64,000 bases of DNA from a virus. The translations under genes and the position numbers were made by a program. Positions within the stretch are counted from its first letter, which is position 1. Each line of letters begins with the position of its first letter. This document shows, one piece after another, positions 24,401-28,228 of the stretch. A model generated the notes under the pieces. It was not told the origin of the DNA, did no database searches, and saw nothing but the letters and a program-made list of their open reading frames with translations. The stretch covers positions 32,001-96,000 of IMG/VR virus record IMGVR_UViG_3300035698_007036. One strand, 5' to 3'.

Positions 24401-24620
24401 AACTATGGTAAATATAGATAGGGAAACTTTAAGCCCTGTAGTTTCAGAGATAGTGGGAGCCGAGATTGATCGTGTGAAGATGGATATTGTAGCCAATACT
24501 CAAACTATATCATCTTTGGAATCAGACATACTTAGACAGTCAAGATACGTTGAGGTAAAGATGAGCCAAAAGGATGACGATATTAACGATCTTAAAAACT
24601 GGACAAGGAGCATGGCGTAA
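489..24620 (+). CDS. Giant tail tape-measure polyprotein (~8,040 aa) with an N-terminal two-barrel RNA polymerase region and a PD-(D/E)XK nuclease
   Basis: Single uninterrupted ORF. TP901-type TMP core at ~13671-14760, lambda gpH-like (F/Y)AxGG...GExV modules in the C-terminal third, RNAP motifs at ~4635-9360 and nuclease motifs at ~11157-11760. Hub-like genes follow. Confidence 0.9.
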   Translation: MGETYDVNLKTTVDRSSGAGSKSAGISPNDVKEFIKATKDNEKATKRLPKDIALAIAPILKGAFKQQGVSKDSSGQSIDALATKLASQIGRQLAKQLAIHAKAPAVTQKATATSNKSDKNTKALKDSIDKQTTKIVSAILKGISATSGKQKSIISPDFGKQIATEVANAVRKVMASNVSQAKESIDSGKLANVISKRVSSAIDKTSLKNTEPAKLIKFLAGQGQNGKDIVKVLEALQMEIKRQSKAGSLQMPKELVTGINQIKTALDKVANQKTTEQDGKSAKEITKAAGDLAKAVDKLTSVVGALESTAKKASAANRSVDKMATGLANSGQTVGRVVKPIKQKIEAKIDKINDTELRRSFKALLSDVEKTIAASYKLKITPEIEKLINLKKELEAKIRNIGIRSKVPVEVEVDTVSMDKQLKKTESNVLKFKKKIENIEIEGPTINFKAAASPKGDFSEVLKRVEKRIAEFTKQEEKEIVVKIDQQKGSVKGFQVQVESLNRVLDELNKKAQGSSPLSGFEANDINAVAKKIDDLTTKMRNATLESARLQAELADIQLDPITKSDAEKIVKPLVDAFNQIEVLSKKITGSLGKDVQTSFKDVKIRYSEGNIKEAQTSAKVLSKDLGAIGPTAQQVKSLVDDLDKTLGAAVKGASERYIKGANSVEKVMYVLTDAIMDYAGSVKSAPDLNKSADRLVRSIEDAADKFVSLGKQAAEAMKYVDKFEMPRYNTGAGRSTDLTAQTAKRFPPIGSEKIRAKELIKYTQTTIKPHYEGIQSAGTPGMASDKSQSMVEQRVRELSNSLAKLQEDMLKNLDRNLEGTFAKWKVVKDPGQTSKDYEKIFKVTGGANAKTAGKEWAVQIASAKNLREAIIDASKGLKTYSTSLEQQVRRMPVKKLVKLYEDSLVDLEVLATQGKPDVRRQKVASWIRSTPNVESKDWNLDDDEKTKFKEIRKTVSRKTGLKGSDILKEIEKSLKGYGDDSLAELYKKTYARSEAQRSIQEGYKKKGAGGVTVTEPLVRTLAVPAAKMDIQGNITFETASGAKRGVAEFATFRSGFEKMYEKLQSKGGSGYDIAGEYDKQVRSFAVKVPAGMNSQAKETAKKMILDLASKGGPEDFSFIIEQYNDAIVNKGVKLRKSNVITSDEELTKFVTEKSSSINNSFKDNPMALAKNIENVIDDYDRAGVTALDFVRSMDSIDFENVYDVYDKVLNGLTVGLQPLENLAKNPNYSSNIRDYEKAIRQVEQLMPVVEPGRPRRGAYQAGVTHVTSRTSDVFSGESRLTPEDQKKHITDINLRAKEMMEEAKTLRKLSEKMPETFKERKGQPPSRIKTLTSLGLPESTISAILERGKARGGDTNDFSKGTDYLKALGGTTVQMQTQPIHAMAPFGMQAGHRGRAGMGSITRSMSFDREINKTISDLKGTPVKGTVTDFPAVRTTEEQELIAGGRYGRSGYGFNAATEFKSVAGTHEDTIQVAGKIADALTSRIKTVMFPASGGRLGSPGAAGERESYVGDITPKMISDTSSEIVKVLGMSKNYEGRADQALIEEVNKTVSVVRGENVEVQAAKIAEVFLNHFGRKFMTRSGTKGVGITPTNLNEKDAKFQLKVGKKKGLGVYEDPKSMGELASVIMLKNRKELESSFFNKVGAGQGPKDSKEIRSEFEKTRKAILDSGNKFMIEALRNKDLGVATEGEANTNQALFTTFKDMMASPAINQQFTGNSVADISKLKDFYMKTGGDKASLTKMKPIEVRINSSSVGRRGLQSEVLEAVLGNVVGKAKHGSTVIESDIPNEQYQNLLTGGKDQSGQYKSGTLSKYSKALGYKKALDSTKDLESEISDIYGVDGLGRKVSEEASTLSELASSGAGSKVLGEQRAAVEKAKTALDEAEAKVAEAMNLEETSNFYSNVIDEFGKKRRGLISTQHFIQIAEEPGEQQDWKAGQVKDLKKGIKLNQLAYSAYGTIFGEQSAVIDEIRENLTDASQQNWEYIKALQYMSNDQSDATDKYKASLENALKSTGKQVKLGDLKSFTRSTGTLTGKRDDPSSLKNTIMDHEKYSTPFLVEIPKTNSPIDKLGKEFEDFYVPGPQARSVYPENLVAGEYGIDKVSRRIQHVINSAKQVEDFSKDPMGSIDQNEFINMVRQNLFELEQQAMGFERTINPQNAQFNIGELQGMFSKLSTLLSNDAAIPVSKGFKPEAFKNVKMTEQETMQRFIVERMKEVDRGDTYNSGINKGQIKTIQGAYVESIKRLVDMYVGVSPEVKQGYYKAEDVKMLIANDDLTSPLIEAMMKGEPEGIVEGLGTQAKYFKSNNVGQLKERVDKYLNWHGEKVNAYPAINRRLGDQVEPKKKKEEMKVIAGTLGIGDKLKKETLLKRAGTLEKAKVDYQNELAQMTLGKKGAVQETLFTRRIPAAYGKAVAATVDRTEEMKTFLVEMDSIYDELSTATRLNDVVTPNKATELAKTIDSAQKELEDIRVRHVERVDKARQGSNLPVLKQNELMIPEASARLLPAQFPKPYKFGKMGSVTEDKGTSETGKNFDELIKYRNRLESYIAKNPGSDIVKGMNEFMEKELIPYVESVRFPFTGISSVLPSKGRVTKKGDFRGIGDQTVIVPGAPEMSPEDFSNFQKQIEKIQTVRGSLSKTREGLLSKPGGSPQSPEVKSLTTTINRLDKAIDDVIPKYLAHQQKLDFDGDSLFVHTAKLKEARAEIKQHYETVIQTPSKDGMPASFLASHSGKFASDAIEPFVQNAVLADMKMGFDKKQGGKGEEFLRTPTFSEDLSYISTEKQLDFLKTRMGDYGDIIREALDAVQAPEGLSTEILKSVREISGKDGVTSGDVLTAIQGITSNKPASADAYVKAGLEKRTGEEKYKDFISAQTYKIHTGPEVESLTRMQRVIETYAGFGKEGLIGKGSESRARPEFEERWPSDMPGLFGPRGGVQEFNTMLNEMSRFGQQAGMDVKHAGANPVIQEIVSLLTKGGKEADKPYGGVDELLDKVSSGDKTLGGLQDIQDAINDAVDKRVGVLSTKQLRGQLSKLVTQRGDDPSAIGEMDRPELISTVKKQVGLEPFFKDMADIIYKEALSGIQQQLANMTPEAHDKTTTGFKGTDEQFAKDTLAQEMRGGGINIAKHITKALHPLYTYRTSGANLGSEQQKAVQRVGGVNSPDLQPGKLSEDRFNSMRKKAIQSQSVTANLSRDLQTAVQYAERGTYSELVYSGLESLHKQSKDVKKAASTFDDYKPTLGAVGDAGAAAELAKYGTLMNDFTDAQLTSSSVLTGEMAESIKGIITTGPTDITKSKDLNNMRDEIERLSKLAGVPRLSDVSENEIDNLTGIFGEFVDKNASPDIKNDEAQKTKLVNNLKEKTKALHQLQKVIDALRVRAVESEAILNLIPSNVDIGGVMVGAKSFDRPGPETIKDEGGNVVIKKAYERGIIGTSAPIDTDMLDQGQFRSSTSSPQFYSNRGPGTPGGGVPGECVRVTNCDGPLDVRVVDIASGVNIGTLASASERVGATLQDKMASNRIATEQFVQDLRKNASDLSGGKDEPWTHDKYVEETQGRYTTQQAYRASGLAGGTLEDKSESLSAQQAQVIKIIKEMTGVHQARGISEINDTPNEPTGGIADAKYAARTELGTLLHLKEQKQLVKDYGDRAVIEKTLKVNPNTSDSGIKEGLTGSMLSNYISGHVDAILKKEGAGGGIGEIDKFSDIESVIDFKTSGQNFMDALNSAGFKDTPEYTPEKMKALSDIPNGEFYVEKLENARHQVNVYLEGLRQMLGGTVEDFENVTGELSFINNMDSGDRIKVKFKFDEQAFENDMAAVRKARELISEYLANADKTLTPSQLHTKPEDIKYQGALRSAVGSGKVGKFAFKGAASPEYLRNAEEENMVRQKSGFSMVGDADLNRNIRNAQSFITGDLKPKAHGAAMEASTMAERAREETRKSGIDQTRSVRMQADKYGDQGALGNIDDEFSRAQRGPTNQRGVSAVFVALKAMHEQAILAQQDEGIDFEMDVSKLPESLGGLIDKVSQVGPDFGEYVSKVNELIDTGELKQYEINKSYKIYRIAMGNFYIKRAEAAKKQMEELYTQEKNTGEPAGSKQAYDRYRAIVEGLQKRIQGTIGQRTDIYTKDRRYFSPQLAKEAGTYLTPKDIMDKSSGPLGSNDKLKGMFESIIFDIDKKGSKGIDKGRNMARSPVEKVREAFKMMSKPKDKEGKELDIDLVSLLRDGERMKRVGSDLKEDWDFAGVVDNISRLRAALQMFVKNNISEDFKINEQQNLNEVIKLLKTLENNYVKFGKSIGKSKKEWGDMGLVKVPPILAPVDQESMHERNLQQTRKYFKRTEGEGGAKIGERFTYPVKVLGEAGQQIKNQQIHFYKYGEAIDYAGDKLGLFKEKQEDVMKFIQGGNRTMGSAIMRAVRWGAASSIVYGGWQKVMDSIDMMSDVETEIAQLRMVMSPLETDFDAMGKSAFGFAKQYGVPVKSVLKSMKVFAQQGLSQSDVIERTQTSTLASNVTTLEAKDATEALTATMKVFRNEIGSSAHALDAWSEVEAKHAITAGDMADAIKKSASAGKNAGFTFDQLNGIIASIGSTTRQTGKEVGTSLRFIFRRLASEKGPKELAKLGIPVLENSGELRKGFDILDDLSSQWDGLTRAQKMNVAQAVGGTRQYNQLLVLMDNWDEALSAIEDSTNSKGSAERRNLELMKTYSKQVEQVKAAASEAGVSLGKLVLPTFKAGLTGLKGFLEFVNNIPSGIKLTTAALSGLIIYFAKGADAIQGFLEYFRGGKSIISDFGRSLSDEWKLTQSEVFGSGEFASYDATLNVKKVKVKDLIDFKSMGNIDPESTKDLLGSNMGDFHSSVGKSLFLLKSVATEYNKWLAESFKDTSDTADKYLGKPLQRAGQVADKAGRSLISSGLKSIDKGGTFGAITGAATGALGAGASAIGKSSEFAGELEQTITKKFGRPAGRMFNEMAQNSKGFLSVITPLAVSLTAAGGAAYVMYKHYKNLAMSAQDYEKSIYGIRRANESELKTVKSRINEYSKLERSIEKASQVTAPGVKKKRQGLETYESPLTTMAGVISDVRDFSNRLGDTNTELVAGYDKFGNAVIRTSNNLKEYLKVLESTARKDMAKVEIDVAARFVTDLTKTGGTEKWKEELKALASEIPVIGEMVASGISVGPAKALETITGKLNDLIVLKNKFPMSNAFDKDIKKYQEQLSKVRSSFSATYEDFKRVLAGISTEGMSRDDVSKIFSSPEIRKGYELMIDIEPRFQLNAVKGKIKPEDIIGSDVLSRTLNFDFDVTKELTKARLESSSVMQREGKALSGDILLFMDDVASKYNMAGSQAQISLKETTDGVFEWFVTYFNTKTLRVEERPFEGAMMDMVENIFPKNKIEDELSERIDSLNEFMAGASAGLRGVNPKDFKKDFNLGERFFSEVPTTTLIQSDKGFTPGEGFGVSDFQKDWQKSAQDYFFTPMKDYKNQVEELQKLKLSGLEEAGSVSLSKELYENLTSLQNVLKNNQVVLQYRAVFADLTKTMEAGTRALKEELAVEKSRQQISKDTAGYMKGISSGLDNMDLGSQKYSDLSDKQRALRSSGTYRDLASRASEINIERQQTEKGVYDTDRALVALDSISDVSKGFGASMTAEEMKKYVDIIAKTDDAGAQSIAIETSKVVDNTAATVERLDKLIENQGGGRSTEDTIKKAIPFFTASFDDNDNIANTMENLAEMRDSAAAKGNTADVVSANRALDVVTKELVDKVGYEKAGKTVKGGILPSIWDPIKQFKPEEFSQRAFGGMSFDDFSTQIKSGMTEDQAKVFDNSKAVKELVSLQATAGTEPLIDSKNWIKTTAALGVGAQGFKSYATKELEQLRTQKTETVNAIETRSAEGKDVAQFEEKLTTLNDKIGGAEKREDYSNLVKNTAIVSAAIMELSKATGSTEGTIQTLGASAVAAAVAMKSLSAITGTDMPAEIKASADKMATAGKGFIDKNSATPVEKVEFMVNSKKFMDAFKKEMETQGFNVNASQFPGFADGGVMTGSGMVTGPGGPTDDRVPYVRAGKHVGNLSPKEFVIKEASARGKYAELNHLNKTGEFPDKKNSMWDNIKERPISSALLGLSGLSGMAGNMLKNPALLLAGMGGIASGTAAAALGYAEGGSLDDALFDTQFKLRALKKSVPHRLKGLGVDPLNRGKATMKSLALDDKLSNALFDAQSKARGLKSSMPHRLKGTGREALGRSKSAIETFRRGSDKIPNTMFDAQFKARGLKSSIPHKLKGMGLDAMAKAGQFGDKISDAMFDAQFKARGLKSSIPHKLKGMGLDAMAKAGQFGDKISDTMFDAQFKARGLKSSIPYGLKGLGRDALGRGKSAVEALKYGPTGEKISGALFDARSKARGLSKAMPHKFKGLGVDALKGIASKGAGKLAKGFGIKAGLKLAASVGSKFIPGLNVLSWGATIYDVVKMMSKAKPAVAAAKGLSLGGSPDSIMAMVSPGEWIVPADKVRGNLSKLKQLNKTGMLPGYADGGLVGGNTSPDAPSSSTEPSTIKVDLSDSSLKVLRTAVGAGAAATGAGYLASKSEAKTRLATASKEAEEQSRVFAKVIEDNSEAAQGVIDGMRTTSVESNRIINPVPTEERSRVLDTGAEKEKVASDMKKIRDRIVKEHERLNDEMAEIAKEASKIEIAEQFKREKENLDRTLKEIDLTSGIRANLEKATYQQDPTSFFSPPKKSDLLSGFYRPQTTDFGVTRESEMTPEQSMVYREISLFPGKMRSFFEAISVGDSSIQKKIRAYAGVSAGDAFKKLDDLKNKRQQVSDVSTDVQKRKAELESRKSDGLSSAESEELDKLNDSAEELQDTFTDLTGEIGTLQATIKKAITTETIRLANRSTAREDLAREGKFADRKYGRTGAVTKATTGFPGEVSTSQSYKELSVMQQVYLDMSNKQKKGYDAFYRGLEEIGHMESNLANAQGEKVKAIEEGDTDAVAKYGAQISDLKNKMSNARDVTQEYGNALRKIVDVKNVIRELSSALDQLKVSDAIRNFPGTREMNDKYSKLYGGGHPGARTDVSAMEQRNAAEVGINLEHLKSTQYEKQLAAILHDLSSGNLSGEAYNQKVMEAMDIVTTKPGRDESSIRQREENDALNKQKDVFVNLVSALERLKQSGRFSEGEVYNFSKGQAALTGVITRAATPVTKDERMTHVEKQYNWWEKIPLFRDQYMADRKITEDGGDNQYIGYTQKDMKETQGRLQDAMKEVPTMDVMQARAGNSEIVDELKKQTTLMEKKVFEEKHSLINSLLGSLTVGTQKKREGGRIFGAGGPTDDKVPAYLSPGEYVVKASSAKKLGYATLENINSTGDVPKFAEGGSPEEKLADKIKRARAAEKEKALPWNQKGNDKIKEIYTLPIKDESVVGLERLFSSGLSSIYETSANGTKLDPYLPAGITHEEVTNRQTFEANRAVVTKFTKAEDDRRQYAKRAKNKNNIEDWRDTIERRIPGELAVSNKFLDIPSAGYGQFGVTKDRIGTEVQMLIDYQRQLEKLKENKDTLDNAIKNKYGKDAGLDLSTKLWGGIDSKTEEPVPGTIAEQTARIAVALKGFKDGNMDFTDKVNRNLLQSIVETQKQNIAPAAKFMDSVSKGNKYKDVFGVNKWKTYATVNPARFNEIDKLLAEGHIDEAKKEFEVWQKKFEKNGGPSADDISSKYSKRNYIGEDEGQAILDRMKEIGGLTGDPESYGREKYGLRRVEPKKKKSLFDLFDQQFVGAPTSSRVFHAGGIMPFTGNAFLQKGEVVIPQSFGDGGPVASSVKALMSRDSNELKGTATVKIDASDFQRAVDDLTSHKMELSRTEVTVNTEGVKIPVDAEGITVKVDTTDARVKVDTEGAFVKVDTTGAMVGVDTSGEKVGVDTTGAMVGVDTTGVLVGVDTTNATIKVDTTGISVPVNTSGSKVALDVSGIQEAVETALRNANGSSSVGAEEVARVAEALADITNRLDSKIANLENDMSNVTMVNIDRETLSPVVSEIVGAEIDRVKMDIVANTQTISSLESDILRQSRYVEVKMSQKDDDINDLKNWTRSMA
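4635..6370 (+). other. RNA polymerase beta-like region within the giant ORF
   Basis: Motifs collinear with E. coli RpoB: APF..RAGMGS (IPF..RALMGAN), PAVRTTEE (PLVGTGME), GFN..GTHEDTI (GQN..GYNFEDSI; ED at 4893-4898), GRKFMTRSGTKGV (GDKMAGRHGNKGV; Lys at 5220 and 5244), PIEVRINSSSVGRRGLQSEVLEAVLG ([26 protein letters not shown]). Confidence 0.85.
6708..9360 (+). other. RNA polymerase beta'-like region within the giant ORF, with catalytic DFDGD
   Basis: Motifs collinear with E. coli RpoC: YVPGPQAR..HVIN (PVLPPDLR..RVIN), LAQMTLGKKGAVQETLFTRRI ([21 protein letters not shown]), VRFP at 8205-8216 (NRAP), KLDFDGDSLFVH..EARAE with DFDGD at 8535-8549 (NADFDGDQMAVH..EAQLE), QAGMDVKHAG at 9330-9359 (trigger loop QLTMRTFHIG). 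Confidence 0.88.
11157..11950 (+). other. PD-(D/E)XK nuclease domain (RecB/AddB-like) within the giant ORF
   Basis: Ordered motifs YRASGL, GTLLH (11355), IEK, ISGHVDAI (Asp at 11517), VIDFKTS (11589-11609) and HQVNVY (QxxxY, 11745-11759). Confidence 0.8.
13671..14760 (+). other. Tape-measure core domain (TP901/PhageMin_Tail-like)
   Basis: Typical helical segments: AFGFAKQYG..FAQQG..TLASNV..ATEALTA..LDAWSEV..MADAIKKSASAG..DQLNGIIASIGSTTRQTGKEVGTSLRFIFRRL..GELR..DILDDLSSQWDGLT..QAVGGTRQYNQLLVLMDNW..SAERRN. A hydrophobic stretch follows. Confidence 0.9.
19188..19474 (+). repeat. 120-bp in-frame tandem repeat (~2.4 near-identical copies) inside six degenerate ~40-49-aa basic repeats (~18894-19680)
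   Basis: Lines 19201 and 19321 are identical; lines 19261 and 19381 differ at one base. The peptide unit is (L/M)FDxQxKARGLKSSxPHxLKGxG. Confidence 0.95.
23931..24254 (+). repeat. 12 x 9-aa (27-nt) repeat VxVDTTGxx near the TMP C-terminus
   Basis: VTVNTEGVK IPVDAEGIT VKVDTTDAR VKVDTEGAF VKVDTTGAM VGVDTSGEK VGVDTTGAM VGVDTTGVL VGVDTTNAT IKVDTTGIS VPVNTSGSK VALDVSGIQ. Confidence 0.92.
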
Positions 24621-26623
24621 TGGCTGAGCAATATATACAAAATAATTTCTGGAACACTTACGGGAGTACCACTAACTTATACACTGTTAGTTGTGAACAA
24701 GAAAATACTACAAGCGTAGCAGCAGATGTACTAAAATACTACGGTATAGAAGTTAGAAACGATGAGGTAGGTGGTAAATTACCTGATATAGATATACGAC
24801 ATATGAATGCTTTAGACCTAATCAAACTATCGCTCTTAGAAGCTTCCTGTGATGCTGAGGTTGGGAAGCCTTATGAGATGTTTATGGATTATGAAAACAA
24901 TCAAGCAGAATTTAGACAAGTAGGATATAACTCTGGAAATATATTTGATGTTTACTACACTATCCAGACATCTTCCTATAATGAATATTGTAGTGGTGTA
25001 ATGGTCACAGGAAGGGATCCTTTGCCTAGACGTAAGACTGAAGCAGATGGACTAGAATGGAGACCTATATGGGGCACTGATCCTGAACTTAGGCACATAT
25101 ATGATACAACTGATATGGTTAGCAATTGTAACAGATACGAATTTTTTCAACAATGTACTATAGCCTTTAGAGACCCCCATTTAAATACAGCATATGCTGA
25201 TGGTATTGATAATTTATACGAGACGCAAACTCCGTATGAGAAGATACAAGGTTACGTTATACAAAGAAATAGTAGCTCTCTCTATATGACTGCAGATGTC
25301 ACTATAGTAGACTCTAATAAGACACAGATACCTATTAAGCTAACCAATGATACTATAACGCCTGATATAGGTACGCTCTTTAAGCCAATTGCAGTTAGTA
25401 CCGACATGCTTGAGACTGACTGTTGGACAGAGTTGACAAGCGTACCATCAGAATTTGAACAAATAGGTGTAAAAGTAGAAATACCTGAAACATTTAGATT
25501 TACAACCAAATATGGACAAGTCGTAGATAATTTTGTTGATATTGTAAAAGTTTACGTTGTTGGTGTAAGATTGACTCAATGCCAGAGTTGGCCTAATGAG
25601 GACAAAGCCGGTATAGCTGATCCTTCAGCCAGTAATTCAGAGATTTGGATAAGCATGAATGACTTTAAGGCGGAGATATTTGGCATGCAACCAGGGGTAA
25701 ATTATGTGGTTGGGTATGACCCAAGCCCAAATGCACAATTCAAAACACCATATATAGTTTTTGCCGATGCTTCATATGATACTGATAAAGCTATATATGG
25801 CACAGGGTGTACGTGTAATATAAGGCCTACTTCACCGGTAGCCAGCTATACCGATGACTTACTTAATATAAAGAGGACTATACTACCTACTGGAGGCGGC
25901 GGAGGGATAATGGTTCACGATGTTTGGGCTATAGTAGAACTTAACTGTCCATCTATAACTATAACAGATCCGAAGGGACATGCCAAGGATGTAGCTGAAA
26001 ATCTGGATTATAATTTGTTTCCAGTAATAGTAGTAGATGAACCCCCACCAGTAGCTTTTAATGGTACAATAATAGACCAAACTGTGGGTATAAAAGACAA
26101 TGATCCTACTAAATCGCAGAATTTCACAGATACTCCTTATGAATTAGCTATGGACCAGATGGCTAAAGGTGGAGGTTTACAACTACATCTTTCTTTTTTA
26201 GAGGCTGAAGAGTGTAGGAAACTGTCGGTGTCTTTACATACTTATATGAATAGAGGAAATAATATAGAAACGGTATCTATCTGTGGGCCCAATTGTGAGC
26301 CTGTATTAGGTGGCTACGGTGCCCACGGTATAGTAAATAATATACAATATCAGTATAGTGATAGAGGGTCTTACACCATATCTGTTACGGAAGGTCCAGG
26401 TTTAATAGGGGATTTTGGAAGCTCTTCTACAGGTGTTAATTTAAAAGATGTAGAAAGCAAATCTTCACAAGCTACAGTTATAGATGATTTAGGTAACGGC
26501 GTGTATTTTAAAGTAAGGGTGGACGGCTTCGGTGATTTTGTAGCCTTCAATATGTCACAAGATGTAATAAGGGTTGGTGATGTTGTACAAGTTACTATTC
26601 ATAATATACCAATAGAGGATTAA
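24620..26623 (+). CDS. Putative tail tip/baseplate hub-associated protein (667 aa)
   Basis: Coupled to the TMP stop by a TAATG overlap. Acidic and beta-rich, with an OB-fold-like C-terminus (GNGVYFKVRVDG..IRVGDVVQVTI). Function is inferred from position. Confidence 0.55.
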   Translation: MAEQYIQNNFWNTYGSTTNLYTVSCEQENTTSVAADVLKYYGIEVRNDEVGGKLPDIDIRHMNALDLIKLSLLEASCDAEVGKPYEMFMDYENNQAEFRQVGYNSGNIFDVYYTIQTSSYNEYCSGVMVTGRDPLPRRKTEADGLEWRPIWGTDPELRHIYDTTDMVSNCNRYEFFQQCTIAFRDPHLNTAYADGIDNLYETQTPYEKIQGYVIQRNSSSLYMTADVTIVDSNKTQIPIKLTNDTITPDIGTLFKPIAVSTDMLETDCWTELTSVPSEFEQIGVKVEIPETFRFTTKYGQVVDNFVDIVKVYVVGVRLTQCQSWPNEDKAGIADPSASNSEIWISMNDFKAEIFGMQPGVNYVVGYDPSPNAQFKTPYIVFADASYDTDKAIYGTGCTCNIRPTSPVASYTDDLLNIKRTILPTGGGGGIMVHDVWAIVELNCPSITITDPKGHAKDVAENLDYNLFPVIVVDEPPPVAFNGTIIDQTVGIKDNDPTKSQNFTDTPYELAMDQMAKGGGLQLHLSFLEAEECRKLSVSLHTYMNRGNNIETVSICGPNCEPVLGGYGAHGIVNNIQYQYSDRGSYTISVTEGPGLIGDFGSSSTGVNLKDVESKSSQATVIDDLGNGVYFKVRVDGFGDFVAFNMSQDVIRVGDVVQVTIHNIPIED

Positions 26624-26634
26624 AGGAGCAGAGT

Positions 26635-27225
26635 ATGGCTATAGAAAGAGTAAAAATAAGGGCTAGAATAACTATAGGAAGTTTAGTAGTCGAGACTCCT
26701 TACATACAATCTTTCAATGTGAACGTCGCTAGAGGTCAGATATCTACTTTTTCAGCACAACTAAAAGTACTGGCAGCAGAAATAGTTGATAAAATAACAG
26801 GTTCTGGTATAATCATACAGGCTGGTGAAAATTCACCAAGTAAAACAATTTTTTCTGGTGTAGTAAAGAGGGCGAAGATAACCCCAGTTTTTGACGATCC
26901 CTCTTTTATTTTAATGAGTCTGGATGGTCAAGACGTTTTAAGTTATCTTTCAGGTAAGAAATATACCAGGCGTTGCAGAGCAACTGCCGCAACATGGGTC
27001 AGTTTAGATAATGTTTTAAGACCTGGGCTTAGAACTGGTAAATTTAGAGCTCAGGGGTCTATGTCAACTACTATAGTTCCTGTAGATGGTCTTATGAATA
27101 ATCAAAATCCGGTGACAACTACCCCCTCAACTATTCTTGACAGGGCTGCCTCCAACATGTCAACAACGGGAGATGTGATGACGATGTCTCAAATTGTTAC
27201 TATTTTAAATTACGATCCTGACTAA
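26635..27225 (+). CDS. Putative baseplate hub-like protein (196 aa)
   Basis: AGGAG RBS. IQSFNVNVARGQISTFSAQL..IFSGVV..SLDGQDVLSYL resembles the N-terminal barrel of gp27/gpD-type hubs. Confidence 0.55.
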   Translation: MAIERVKIRARITIGSLVVETPYIQSFNVNVARGQISTFSAQLKVLAAEIVDKITGSGIIIQAGENSPSKTIFSGVVKRAKITPVFDDPSFILMSLDGQDVLSYLSGKKYTRRCRATAATWVSLDNVLRPGLRTGKFRAQGSMSTTIVPVDGLMNNQNPVTTTPSTILDRAASNMSTTGDVMTMSQIVTILNYDPD

Positions 27226-27241
27226 GCTAAAAGGAGACAAT

Positions 27242-27628
27242 ATGGCAGAACAATCAAGCACAACAGCTGTACACTTACTAGCTGGTATGAAAGCCGAAAT
27301 GAGTATACCAAGACTGGCCGCTAATCCCAAAGCACCTTTTGCGGCCCAGGGCGAATATATGACTGAACATGGAACTAAAATAACTTTACAAAATGGATTT
27401 TATGTAGAGGATACTTCAGTAGGTGAAATAACTTCTGTATCATCAGACAAAATTGCCATAACTTATTGGCACAAGAAAGCCGAAAAAAACACAGTGTGGT
27501 TCATAGCAGCCAATAGATTACAAAAAGCTCGTTTTGATGTCATAGCAGTATCAATCCACGACCATTCAAATATTGTACAAGGTGGTCCTGCTTATGGTAC
27601 TTATTTTAGTGATAGTGAGGAGGACTAA
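27242..27628 (+). CDS. Hypothetical virion protein, possibly spike-tip-like (128 aa)
   Basis: AGGAG RBS; C-terminal HxH motif (SIHDHS) in a baseplate context. Confidence 0.4.
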   Translation: MAEQSSTTAVHLLAGMKAEMSIPRLAANPKAPFAAQGEYMTEHGTKITLQNGFYVEDTSVGEITSVSSDKIAITYWHKKAEKNTVWFIAANRLQKARFDVIAVSIHDHSNIVQGGPAYGTYFSDSEED

Positions 27629-27631
27629 AAG

Positions 27632-28216
27632 ATGGCTAATGAGTGCTGTCAGATTGTTAGCGATCTAGATCTTGGTTTAGAGGCATGTATAATTTCTATA
27701 AATGTCAGTAGTAATACTGAAACATTTTGGTTATGTAACGAGGTCAAACTTGGCCCTACTATAGGCACTGTATCTATATCAGCCTATGCTAACAGTAGAG
27801 TGTACGTGGGATGTCCCAGTAAAGCTGGCGTTTCTGTAAATTGGATGAGGCGTTATGATTGTGATGATAACGTTGTACACTTTTTGAATAATGGTCAGGG
27901 ACAGTCTTATATATCAGGAGAAACTGCAGGATTGGTTGAGATAATTAATACTACTGGCCGAACATATCCTGTAATCAGTGCCAGTGCTTCGTCGGGACCG
28001 GCTTCAACTTATATGAAGACTGACAGGGAGGATGGTTTTGGGTTAACGTACTCTGGAGACCCTTGGAATTTTGATACATCCGATTTGGAAACCATTGTAA
28101 TAGATAATTTCGGAGTGGCGGCTGGAAATATGTATTTACAGAATTTTGATCTAACCCTAACCCCAGGAACTTTACCAGTGGCAAATTTCTCATTTATGTT
28201 TTTTATTGACGATTAA
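27632..28216 (+). CDS. Hypothetical virion protein (194 aa), beta-rich
   Basis: Tightly packed operon ORF with an upstream GAGGAGG. Confidence 0.6.
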   Translation: MANECCQIVSDLDLGLEACIISINVSSNTETFWLCNEVKLGPTIGTVSISAYANSRVYVGCPSKAGVSVNWMRRYDCDDNVVHFLNNGQGQSYISGETAGLVEIINTTGRTYPVISASASSGPASTYMKTDREDGFGLTYSGDPWNFDTSDLETIVIDNFGVAAGNMYLQNFDLTLTPGTLPVANFSFMFFIDD

Positions 28217-28228
28217 GGGGGATGTACT

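Noticed and set aside
13671-24620. Peptidoglycan hydrolase domain, common in TMPs
   Set aside because: I recognised no lysozyme/SLT, M23 or NlpC/P60 motif; a divergent one cannot be excluded.
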